This document shows positions 6,295 to 14,796 of a stretch of DNA of 24,024 nucleotides, piece after piece. Origin of the DNA: a virus. Lineage: Duplodnaviria > Caudoviricetes. Position 1 is the stretch's first letter. The number at the start of each line of letters is the position of its first letter. A program made the translations under genes and the position numbers. The notes beneath the pieces are model-generated. The model was not told where the DNA came from and made no database searches. It saw nothing but the letters and a program-made list of their open reading frames with translations. Location: the IMG/VR virus record IMGVR_UViG_3300020365_000125, positions 1-24,024 of that record. One strand, given 5' to 3'.

Positions 6295-6351
6295 AATATA
6301 CTGCAGTTCATGCTCATGTGCAAGCATGGTGGACAGTTACTCAACTGGATC
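6295..6351 (-). promoter_or_regulatory. Early promoter with upstream palindromic element (copy E) driving the endonuclease-methylase pair
   Basis: GATCCAGTT-GAGT-AACTGTCCA (6351-6330); TTGCAC (6323-6318), 17-nt spacer, TATATT (6300-6295). Confidence 0.75.
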
Positions 6352-6522
6352 AACTCCAACTATATCTTTGACTGGCACTTCATGCTCTCCTGCGATAAGA
6401 TACCAATGCTCACCATCATCACGCTTTCCGAGATACTTTATCTCGCTTGGGGGCATATCGTTCTCTCTTAATATTGCTTGTAGTTGCAAGTGCAGCAACT
6501 CGCTGTTCGTTGGCACACTCAA
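6337..6522 (-). CDS. Small hypothetical cyanophage-type protein (start TTG 6522 or GTG 6516)
   Basis: (L)SVPTNSELLHLQLQAILRENDMPPSEIKYLGKRDDGEHWYLIAGEHEVPVKDIVGVDPVE*. The N-terminal half of track ORF 6337..6708 looks like a shadow of the DUF4385 frame. Confidence 0.65.
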   Translation of the reverse strand: MSVPTNSELLHLQLQAILRENDMPPSEIKYLGKRDDGEHWYLIAGEHEVPVKDIVGVDPVE

Positions 6523-6979
6523 CTTCTCGTCGCCAGTGTTGTCTGATTCGTTTGTATTCTGCATTGTTTGCCACGATGTCGCGTACTTTCTTAAAGATCT
6601 GAGCACTCTTATTATAGTCACAGGTCCAGTGATCAGATTCCTGAGGGCGGACTTCACCTTTACTATCATACTTCTTTCCACTATGATGGTTAGCATATCT
6701 ACGAGCACGAGTAAATCCCATCTCTAGGAATTTACGACACATATCCATGCCTACAAAATCTTTAGCATCTCGATAGTCGAGATACATTGCATATATCTTA
6801 TTAGCAGACTTTACTGCAACATCAGGAGTTCGGAACCGCCAATGAGCACAAATGTCGTCTGTATAAGGCCGTACCAATAGAACTCCTTGTTCTCCCCGAC
6901 CAATACGATAAAGTTGGTGAGTCTCTGGATCTGTAAAGTCAAGTGACTTGTAGTCGAGTTCATAGCAAAACTCAAGCAT
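6419..6979 (-). CDS. DUF4385-family protein
   Basis: LYRIGRGEQGVLLVRPY...HWRFRTP...DFVGMDMCRKFLEMGFTRARRYANH matches the recalled DUF4385 signature. Confidence 0.85.
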   Translation of the reverse strand: MLEFCYELDYKSLDFTDPETHQLYRIGRGEQGVLLVRPYTDDICAHWRFRTPDVAVKSANKIYAMYLDYRDAKDFVGMDMCRKFLEMGFTRARRYANHHSGKKYDSKGEVRPQESDHWTCDYNKSAQIFKKVRDIVANNAEYKRIRQHWRREVECANEQRVAALATTSNIKRERYAPKRDKVSRKA

Positions 6980-7001
6980 AGTGGTGTGCTAGTTCAGGAC
7001 T

Positions 7002-7030
7002 AGCATACCATAGTCATCACTCGCTGTCAA
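7002..7030 (-). promoter_or_regulatory. Sigma70-like promoter at the structural/early boundary
   Basis: TTGACA (7030-7025), 17-nt spacer, TATGCT (7007-7002), overlapped by an inverted repeat at 6983-7009. Confidence 0.75.
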
Positions 7031-7388
7031 CAGGGCGACCTGGGGGCACCAGACTAGTGTGAGGAATAGCACCAGTTGGGTTGATCACATATGCTTCAAT
7101 GAAATAGTCTTGATCATCCAACTGTGTTGATAGTGGGAACCACTCAATTGCTTTATCAATCGCAGCAGATTGCGTATCAAACTCATAGAATGTATAATCT
7201 TGTCTGAAGATCTCTTGAATTTCATCTTCATCAATGATTTCATCATAGTATGCCATGACTTCTTGCTGTTTGGTGGAGTCAAGAAAACACCATCTAGTGT
7301 TATCAATCACTAGCATGAACTTATTATTTGTTTTAGCGTAGAATGAGACCATCTCATAAGTACGCATTGCATTCATTGATACTAACAT
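7017..7388 (-). CDS. Acidic hypothetical protein at the end of the tail operon
   Basis: 123-aa ORF; TGATG junction with the upstream gene and a GGAG SD. Confidence 0.75.
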   Translation of the reverse strand: MLVSMNAMRTYEMVSFYAKTNNKFMLVIDNTRWCFLDSTKQQEVMAYYDEIIDEDEIQEIFRQDYTFYEFDTQSAAIDKAIEWFPLSTQLDDQDYFIEAYVINPTGAIPHTSLVPPGRPVDSE

Positions 7389-8317
7389 CAGATCTCTCCG
7401 TTTTCAATTCTAGTGAGTAGTGCCGACAAATACTCATCGGGATCTCTACCAGCTAGTTTAAGTTGTCTCCTATCTTCTTCTCTCTCAAGTGATCCAGCAC
7501 CTAATTCAGTGTCACTTCTAAATGGTCTGAGATATCTAGCACCAGGCACAGCATGAGTTGCATCATCAATGATTGCATTCATTGACATGTATACTGCCAT
7601 CTTCTTAGAGAATGAATTGACAGCATTAGATGTTAACATCCAGAAATGTGATTCAGAGAACAAATACTCTGTCTCTGTACCTTGATCACCAAATGCATCC
7701 TTGACTAGTGGCAATACATCAACAGACTTTCTATTCTCATACTCTACTGGTGTGATTGGAAACTTCACATCATATGGACTAGATGCTGCTGTGTTCTGTG
7801 TGAATAGTTCTCTTAGATATGTTCTATACTTCTTCCACAGTTCTTTCAGTTCAGGTGTGATTGGTGCATCCTCTACCTGTGTCCAGTCTGATTCAGTGAG
7901 TAGAAACTTTCTTACTAGTTTCAACTTATCCCAAGACAGTTTGCCCTGCTCCTTGAATTTAAGCAGCAATTGTCTCTCATATTCTGCTTCACCAACCTCT
8001 TTATAGTTGACAAACTTCTCAACTATACTATCATACAAATCTGTGACGATGGATTCATCAAGAGCACTAGGATCGAACTCATATGATGACCATCCTGATT
8101 CTTTTGTTTTAAAATTTCTACTATATTTGTATCTCTGAATGAGATGATAACCATCATCTCTGTATACAAACAACTCAAGTTTATCCTTTGGACTATCCCA
8201 CATAGGAACGAGTATTGGAGAAATCTCGGTTTCCCAATAATCATCGTTTATTAGTTTTGTTGAACCCTTGTATGTGATAGTTCTATCAAAGGCGTTCATT
8301 GATAAAAGAACAGTCAT
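7388..8317 (-). CDS. Tail fibre assembly chaperone-domain protein
   Basis: VRKFLLTESDWTQVEDAPI...WKKYRTYLREL matches the R..LL..SDWTQ..D.P....W..YRQ.LRD phage tail assembly chaperone motif; immediately downstream of the fibre gene. Confidence 0.8.
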   Translation of the reverse strand: MTVLLSMNAFDRTITYKGSTKLINDDYWETEISPILVPMWDSPKDKLELFVYRDDGYHLIQRYKYSRNFKTKESGWSSYEFDPSALDESIVTDLYDSIVEKFVNYKEVGEAEYERQLLLKFKEQGKLSWDKLKLVRKFLLTESDWTQVEDAPITPELKELWKKYRTYLRELFTQNTAASSPYDVKFPITPVEYENRKSVDVLPLVKDAFGDQGTETEYLFSESHFWMLTSNAVNSFSKKMAVYMSMNAIIDDATHAVPGARYLRPFRSDTELGAGSLEREEDRRQLKLAGRDPDEYLSALLTRIENGEI

Positions 8318-8340
8318 CTCAGAAATCCTGGTATGCTTAG

Positions 8341-8347
8341 TATTTAG
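8341..8347 (-). promoter_or_regulatory. Possible T4-type late promoter (CTAAATA)
   Basis: CTAAATA overlaps the fibre stop codon, 23 nt upstream of ATG 8317; variant of the T4 TATAAATA late box. Confidence 0.5.
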
Positions 8348-11300
8348 TATGCCTTGATCAAATACTTAGATCTAAAGTATCTGGTGATCAAAGGAATTGT
8401 AGTTTGCACTCTCGCTTCAGATGTGACAGAAATAGGAGTGGAACTAGACAATCTAAATGTACCGTCAGTGAATCTAAGATTAGAATCGCCAGCAGAAACT
8501 ACTCTACGAACTTCATTGATACCATCACCTGTACCACATGTTCCTTCATTGCCTGGCAATGTAGCATCTGATGTTGGTACAAACACCTGTTGTGTAACTT
8601 GATCATATGATATACCAACAGCAGCGAGTCCCCAGTTGTCATTAGTTGAACCACCTGGGACATCATCGTTATCACCTGAAGATGATGGTCTAGTCTGACG
8701 AATGGTGAGGTAAACATCATTAGCTCTGACATCAGCATCAGGATCAATATTGATAGTGTAGATAGCATATCCACTAGCAGATACTGATGGTTGTGCAACT
8801 GCTTCTAACAATGTCTCTGTTGGTGTATCTGCACCAAACTTAAAGTATGCTAGCAGTCCTTCTTCTGGTGCATCACCACCATTAGAACCATTACCTTTCT
8901 TCACTGTAAAGTATACATTATTTGCATTAGCTAGTGCTAGTGGTCCAATCTGTAGGAATCTATCACCAGCACCACTAAATTCAATAAATCTATTCGCTTT
9001 ACTGTTGGTTAGAGTTGTTGCTAGTCCTAAGTTGGTTCCAGTATCATTTCTAACTTCAACACCATCACTAGATGAATGCCAAATACCACCAGCACTAAAG
9101 TTTGTATCAGGTAAGGCATAGTTATCTGGATATGCTGGGACCTCATAGTATCTACCTTGAGGATCAGTAACATCTAAGACAACCTCATCTCCCTCATCAG
9201 TTTCATATGCTTCAACTGCAATTCTACCACCAAGTCCATTCTCACCACCACCAGAACCACCGTTACCACCAGTTCCTAGTGATGCAGACATAGCAGTGTT
9301 GATTGGACTACCATCCTGCGATTCATAAGAGAATTGTAGTGCGTATCCAGATCCACCGCCACCACCAGCATCATTTTGAATGTCAACTTCATAATAAACT
9401 GTGTAGTTTACATATCCATTACCACCAGAACCACTAGATTCTGATGCACCAGATAGTCCATTGTATGCAGATCTACCAGCGCGTCCACCAGATCCAGATC
9501 CAGTGTTGACGTGACCAGCACCTGCAACACCACCCGAACCACCGTTGCCACCACCTTGAGGACCAGCACCAGCACCACCGCCGCCACCTCCACCAGAGGT
9601 ACAACCAGCGATACCGCCACCAGAACCATTACTAAAACCAATAGTTCCACTGTGTGTTCCTTGAGATGGACCTAGACCAGATCCACCAGTCCAACATGGG
9701 TCAGTGACAGAACCACCATTGTTACCACCACCGTTACCGCCGCCGCCACCGCCGCCTCCAGCGCCGACAATGACAGTACCACCAGCAGAAACAGAAGTAG
9801 CACCACCGCCACCTCCACCAGATCCACCGTTACCCCATGCACCACGACCACCTTGTCCACCAGTTGCAGCACCGCCACCACCTGATGTATAAGATTCTGT
9901 CTGTGATCCACTGTAAATGTTCTGACCTTGGTTACCCTTCTGTCCAATAATATGACTGAATGTTGCACTGCCATTAAAATCACCAACAATTCTTCTACCG
10001 TTGGATCCAGATCCACCAGTAGTGCTACATCCTGCCTGACCATTGCTAGGTCCATTACCACCAGCACCACCAGATGCGTCGATTCTAACTTTAGTTACAG
10101 TACCACCTGTAGGTAAGACACTATTAGGATTGAAAGAACCATTGCTACTATAACTTTGTGTTTGGTTACCAGTAGTTTGTGTGCTCTCACTACCACCATT
10201 GCCACCTTTTCCGTTTTGTCCCTCTTGGAGACCACCTTGTCCTGGGGACTGTCCTGATCCACTAGTACCAGCATTTGCACCAAACTGTTGGAATGTAAAT
10301 CTAGGGTCATTCACCAGTGCAGTTGGAATCGAAACTGTTCCAGCAGCACCACCACCAGCACCACCAGATGCAGATGCTCCACCAGAACCACCAGATGCAG
10401 TGATAGTATAATTTGTGCCATCAACAGTAAATGTGATAGTTGCGGATCCACCATTATTACCATTACCAAATGATCCACCGCCACCGCCACCGCAACCCTC
10501 TAGGGTTACATTGTATCCAGTAACTTTGTTAGATCCATTTGGTTGTGCAGGCACTGATAAGCTACCAGCAAGAATTTCTTGGTCGTAAATTTTATTTCCA
10601 AGGTCTGGTGTATCTGCCGTGATTTCCTTACCACCAATGACTGTAGTTTCATCTACAACATATACTTTTGGTGTTGGAGTTGTGGTTTGCTCTGTGAAAT
10701 AACCACCTGCTTCTCTTACAAAACCACCAGAGTAACTTCCAGATGCAGCAGTATCAGGTGTTACTTTAAATGCATTGATACTAAATCCATCTTGGATAAT
10801 AGTATATGTGCCATCATAATCACCAGTAGAAGTAATAACAACAGCGTCACCAATTCCAAATCCATGATCTGCTTCAGTAACGATAGTATAATCTGTACCA
10901 TCACTAGTGATAGTTGAGATTTTTATGGTTGGTGGTTGTGTGACTGCATACTTATAGCATCCATCCCATCCTTCAGTAACTGATACATCAACATCAGGTA
11001 GTCTAATCAATGATGGTGACATTGTGATATCACCTAGACCAAGTGCTTGTCTTCTAGTAGTATTAAATGAGAAGTTCAGTAGATCACCAGCTTGATATCC
11101 AGCTCCTTTTTCAGAGAAACTTAGGATCTTATATTTTGTAGCATTAGCACCTGAACCATAACCCTGAACCCTAACTCTACAAACAGCAGGGGTGGTTGGA
11201 TTACCACCAGTTAGAGTTACATCACCCTCAAAATAATCACTTACATCTGGTTGACCATCAGTAGAAAGAGTATCAACTCTGAATGGTGTTACTAGTGAAA

Positions 11301-14300
11301 TAGCGGGTTCACCTTCAGATTCTCTTCTTGGTGTATTAAATGAGAATCCTAATTCATCATTAACACCATAATTTTGACCAGGATTTACAATTTCAAGTAG
11401 TTTGTATCTACTATTTCTAGCAGAGTCACCAGCAGGTTCAATTTTAATTCTAAAGACAGCACCAGTGCCTGCACCACCAGTCATGTTGAATTCTCCTTCA
11501 ACTTCATCACCAGCAATACCACCAGTTGTTCCGTTAGATACACTAACAACTTTAATTGGATCAGGAGCTAATTTTGTTGCTGCTAGACCTTCAGTCGTTC
11601 CTCTCCTATGAGTATTGAACATGAAATATAGTTCATCACCAGCACTGTAACCAATACCTTTGTCTACAACTTCAAGTAGTTTATATCTAACATCCTGATA
11701 ATTTGATGGAGCAGGTTCAAGTCTGATCTTAAGTTTCATACCAGATCCAGTTCCACCAATCATGTCAAATGTATCTTCAACAAAGTTTGGACCTGCCACT
11801 GTTCCTGAAGGGTCATACCATAATTGCTTGGCACTACCATCATTCATGAAGTACCAACCAGCATTATTAACGGTGCCGCCATTTTCAACACCATTTTGCT
11901 GTGACCATGCTGGACCATACCACCCATCAGGACCAGTAAATTCTGGATTAGTAACACTTGGACCTTGTGCTTCTTGATAAAAATCAAGTTCTTGAATACC
12001 AGCATCTGTGGGATCTTCCCACCAATCTCCTGCTCCACCACCAGTTTGGTATGCATACTGATTTAAGTCACCAGACCACACCCATCCATTTGATATTCCT
12101 TCTGGGTTTGTTGCCCAGTTGTTGTACAATGAAACTTCAGAAATTGCACCAGGGGTATTAACTGAATACCACATTTGTTCAACACCACCCTCATTCTGAT
12201 ATGCCCATGCATTCAGTGTGGATGGATTATATCCTGCAGGAAGACCATCTCCGTTAGGAACCTGATCAGTATTAAGTTCAAAATTATCTAGATCAATGCC
12301 ACCAGTTGATGACACACCACCAGTCAACCCTGCAAATCCACCCAAGAGCATAATCTGAGCGATGCCCATCATATCAAATGCGTTAGGATCCTCAGCAGGT
12401 GTAGACTGATACTGCTCACTACCAGATTGTGTGACAGTTTGCTTCAACTTAATTACAGTATTAGCACCTCTATATGTTGATGGAATATTGAACTCAGTTT
12501 GTTTCCAGAAAGCATATGCAGCATCATAATCAGCTGTAGTTGCACCTGGGTCCATTGTATTTGAATAATATTGACGACTCGGGAGAACAACCTCACTCGA
12601 ACCATCAGGCCACTCAATGAATAAACTCTCGCCTTGGTTATTAGCTCTTTCACCACCATTGTTATCATTACCTACAATGGCAAGAATACCAATCTTAGTA
12701 TAATTTGACGTATCAAGTGTTACTTGATATTCTCTGGTGCTTTGTAGTGAATTAAATGGTGTAAATCCTGAAGTACCGAATGCAACATACTGATCAATGC
12801 TGAGACCAGGATTAACAAATCCACCAATCTCACCCTGACCGTTGCCCCAGTTCACCAAAGCACTACCACTGTATGATGTAGTGAGAGCAGGATCTGTTAC
12901 ATCATAGACTATATCTTGCAGTGCATTTGATTGTTTCTTTTGTCCAATACCTTCAGTATTACCATATGATGCAATTGTACTATTTGATGGTCTACTACCA
13001 AGCAAACCATGAGCATGTCCTAGTGCTTCACCATCACCAGCAGGACCACCAGGGACAAAGTTTTCAACAGATCCCTTGTAAGAGTTCCAACCAGTAGTAT
13101 ATGTGTCAACACCACCAAAACTAACCTGTGATGTTTCTAGTGGTTCACTACCTAGAACTTGGTGGTTATGCTGTGGAGGTCTAGCAAAGACATAATCCTC
13201 CATCGGACCAACAGTGTATGTCTTCTCACCAACAATATATGGTTGAATTTGTGTCTCTACTTCAGAATATCCAGTTGTGAGAACATCACTGATCTCATAG
13301 AATTCAATAGGATCTTCTAGCGTAGAGATAGGAATGTACCAAATACCACCTACATCACCAACAGACATAGTTAGTCTATCTTCTACAAGTGGAGTTCCAG
13401 ATCCTTCTACACCCTCACCAAATCCAATTAGTTTTCTTTCTCTATAGTCTGGTACTCTGAACTTACCCAAGATATATGGGTAGTCTGAAATAAGGAATGA
13501 TTTTCTAATTTTGATCTTTGGATGATTAGTCAAAGATGACATAGTAACATTCAGATCATTACCAGTGACACCAGAATCATCACCAGTAATATCATAGTTT
13601 TCTGTGTATGCAGGACTACGATTGAATGTAGGTGTAAATGCACCACTACCCGCAGTAAAATCTAATTTAGTAACTAGAGTCTGATTATCTGTCATATTAG
13701 CAATGACATATAATCTGTAAGTATGATTTTCACCAGATGGAGGTTGTGGTCCAGAGTATCCGTTGTTTACCCAATCAGGACTAGAACCTAGTGATGAAAT
13801 CTCTACAAAGTTTTGTTGTAATGTAGCGCCAGATGGCAGAGATTCATTAATATTGAAACCAGTTTTAGTTGCAGGAATATTTTTTACATTCCACAGAACT
13901 GCACCATAGTCTCCACCGTCATCATCCTCATCATCAAGACATAAGTCTTCTAAGTAAATTTCATATGTGTCAACAGTAGCACCTGCTGGCAGTCCTTGTA
14001 AATTACCCCAACTTAATTGTGGAGTATCATTCTGTGCTCCAGGATATTGTGTGAATCCTGTAGGATATCCACCACCTGTCAAAGGGTCATATGTACCAGC
14101 ATCAACTGCAGGAACTGTGCCATAATATGCTGTTGCAAGGATAGGATTAGGATCCTGAGTTGCAATTAAAGAACTAGAAGAAATAGACCATGTTACCGTA
14201 CCACCAGGAGTTCCACCAGTATTTTGCTGTGGATCATAACCGATAAGCATTCGGTAGACATATGTATCAGTCCTATTTGAATCTCTAAGACTTTGATATG

Positions 14301-14796
14301 CAGCACCATATATCAAAGTATATGGTTTATCCTCTTCTACCTGACCACCTGCTGTAGGAAAGTCATTTAGATCATCAAATGTAAGTGTAGCACCATTTGG
14401 AACAACTCTATCATAACCAGTTGTACCATCTGGATTTGTTATTGTTCTGCCATAAAGTTCAGCATAAACATTACCACCGTCTACAATAAATCTATGAACG
14501 GTTCCAGGTTGTCCTGCTGCCTCAAATACTAAAGAGTTTGCCTCGAATAACTCATCAGATTGTAGATAGTCATTGCCAATAATTTCATACAATAGAGGAT
14601 ATCTATTGATGTCATACTGATCACCATCACAATACAAATATCCCTTATAAGAGTATTCTGGATCGTATGTTGTTTGTGAATTTGTACTATCTGAATTAGT
14701 ATCAGTTAATACTGGCACAATAGCGCCAATACTCACATACGAACCACTCTTATCAGAGTAGAAATTTGGAAGTGTAGATCTGTAATTAACAACCAT
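8344..14796 (-). CDS. Large mosaic tail fibre protein with split tail-collar domain, PEBP-like insertion, tandem repeats and Gly-rich block
   Basis: Collar motifs IGAIVP...GYLYCDG...YPLLYEIIG and, much later, FRVPDYR. HNH/HAH metal motifs. C-terminal KYLIKAY is similar to the ends of its paralogues. Confidence 0.85.
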   Translation of the reverse strand: MVVNYRSTLPNFYSDKSGSYVSIGAIVPVLTDTNSDSTNSQTTYDPEYSYKGYLYCDGDQYDINRYPLLYEIIGNDYLQSDELFEANSLVFEAAGQPGTVHRFIVDGGNVYAELYGRTITNPDGTTGYDRVVPNGATLTFDDLNDFPTAGGQVEEDKPYTLIYGAAYQSLRDSNRTDTYVYRMLIGYDPQQNTGGTPGGTVTWSISSSSLIATQDPNPILATAYYGTVPAVDAGTYDPLTGGGYPTGFTQYPGAQNDTPQLSWGNLQGLPAGATVDTYEIYLEDLCLDDEDDDGGDYGAVLWNVKNIPATKTGFNINESLPSGATLQQNFVEISSLGSSPDWVNNGYSGPQPPSGENHTYRLYVIANMTDNQTLVTKLDFTAGSGAFTPTFNRSPAYTENYDITGDDSGVTGNDLNVTMSSLTNHPKIKIRKSFLISDYPYILGKFRVPDYRERKLIGFGEGVEGSGTPLVEDRLTMSVGDVGGIWYIPISTLEDPIEFYEISDVLTTGYSEVETQIQPYIVGEKTYTVGPMEDYVFARPPQHNHQVLGSEPLETSQVSFGGVDTYTTGWNSYKGSVENFVPGGPAGDGEALGHAHGLLGSRPSNSTIASYGNTEGIGQKKQSNALQDIVYDVTDPALTTSYSGSALVNWGNGQGEIGGFVNPGLSIDQYVAFGTSGFTPFNSLQSTREYQVTLDTSNYTKIGILAIVGNDNNGGERANNQGESLFIEWPDGSSEVVLPSRQYYSNTMDPGATTADYDAAYAFWKQTEFNIPSTYRGANTVIKLKQTVTQSGSEQYQSTPAEDPNAFDMMGIAQIMLLGGFAGLTGGVSSTGGIDLDNFELNTDQVPNGDGLPAGYNPSTLNAWAYQNEGGVEQMWYSVNTPGAISEVSLYNNWATNPEGISNGWVWSGDLNQYAYQTGGGAGDWWEDPTDAGIQELDFYQEAQGPSVTNPEFTGPDGWYGPAWSQQNGVENGGTVNNAGWYFMNDGSAKQLWYDPSGTVAGPNFVEDTFDMIGGTGSGMKLKIRLEPAPSNYQDVRYKLLEVVDKGIGYSAGDELYFMFNTHRRGTTEGLAATKLAPDPIKVVSVSNGTTGGIAGDEVEGEFNMTGGAGTGAVFRIKIEPAGDSARNSRYKLLEIVNPGQNYGVNDELGFSFNTPRRESEGEPAISLVTPFRVDTLSTDGQPDVSDYFEGDVTLTGGNPTTPAVCRVRVQGYGSGANATKYKILSFSEKGAGYQAGDLLNFSFNTTRRQALGLGDITMSPSLIRLPDVDVSVTEGWDGCYKYAVTQPPTIKISTITSDGTDYTIVTEADHGFGIGDAVVITSTGDYDGTYTIIQDGFSINAFKVTPDTAASGSYSGGFVREAGGYFTEQTTTPTPKVYVVDETTVIGGKEITADTPDLGNKIYDQEILAGSLSVPAQPNGSNKVTGYNVTLEGCGGGGGGSFGNGNNGGSATITFTVDGTNYTITASGGSGGASASGGAGGGAAGTVSIPTALVNDPRFTFQQFGANAGTSGSGQSPGQGGLQEGQNGKGGNGGSESTQTTGNQTQSYSSNGSFNPNSVLPTGGTVTKVRIDASGGAGGNGPSNGQAGCSTTGGSGSNGRRIVGDFNGSATFSHIIGQKGNQGQNIYSGSQTESYTSGGGGAATGGQGGRGAWGNGGSGGGGGGATSVSAGGTVIVGAGGGGGGGGNGGGNNGGSVTDPCWTGGSGLGPSQGTHSGTIGFSNGSGGGIAGCTSGGGGGGGAGAGPQGGGNGGSGGVAGAGHVNTGSGSGGRAGRSAYNGLSGASESSGSGGNGYVNYTVYYEVDIQNDAGGGGGSGYALQFSYESQDGSPINTAMSASLGTGGNGGSGGGENGLGGRIAVEAYETDEGDEVVLDVTDPQGRYYEVPAYPDNYALPDTNFSAGGIWHSSSDGVEVRNDTGTNLGLATTLTNSKANRFIEFSGAGDRFLQIGPLALANANNVYFTVKKGNGSNGGDAPEEGLLAYFKFGADTPTETLLEAVAQPSVSASGYAIYTINIDPDADVRANDVYLTIRQTRPSSSGDNDDVPGGSTNDNWGLAAVGISYDQVTQQVFVPTSDATLPGNEGTCGTGDGINEVRRVVSAGDSNLRFTDGTFRLSSSTPISVTSEARVQTTIPLITRYFRSKYLIKAY
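9240..10500 (-). repeat. Glycine-rich low-complexity block within the tail fibre
   Basis: Repeated GGGGG/GGxGG runs (accacc/ccgccg on the + strand). Confidence 0.8.
10985..11770 (-). repeat. Three tandem ~90-aa protein repeats in the tail fibre
   Basis: GG.....KIRLEP...YKLLEVVDKGIGYSAGDELYFMFNTHRR / KIEP...YKLLEIVNPGQNYGVNDELGFSFNTPRR / RVQG...YKILSFSEKGAGYQAGDLLNFSFNTTRR. Confidence 0.85.

Noticed and set aside
2512-6351. CRISPR-like array interpretation of the repeated palindromes
   Set aside because: The copies are degenerate, hundreds to thousands of bp apart and tied to -10 boxes. There are no constant-length spacers or cas genes.
7370-8317. Similar N-termini of adjacent genes (LLSMNA vs LVSMNA) and recurring ATCTGAT gene junctions at 7388, 14796 and 17557
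   Set aside because: Too short to distinguish from chance or from ordinary SD/stop-start coupling constraints.
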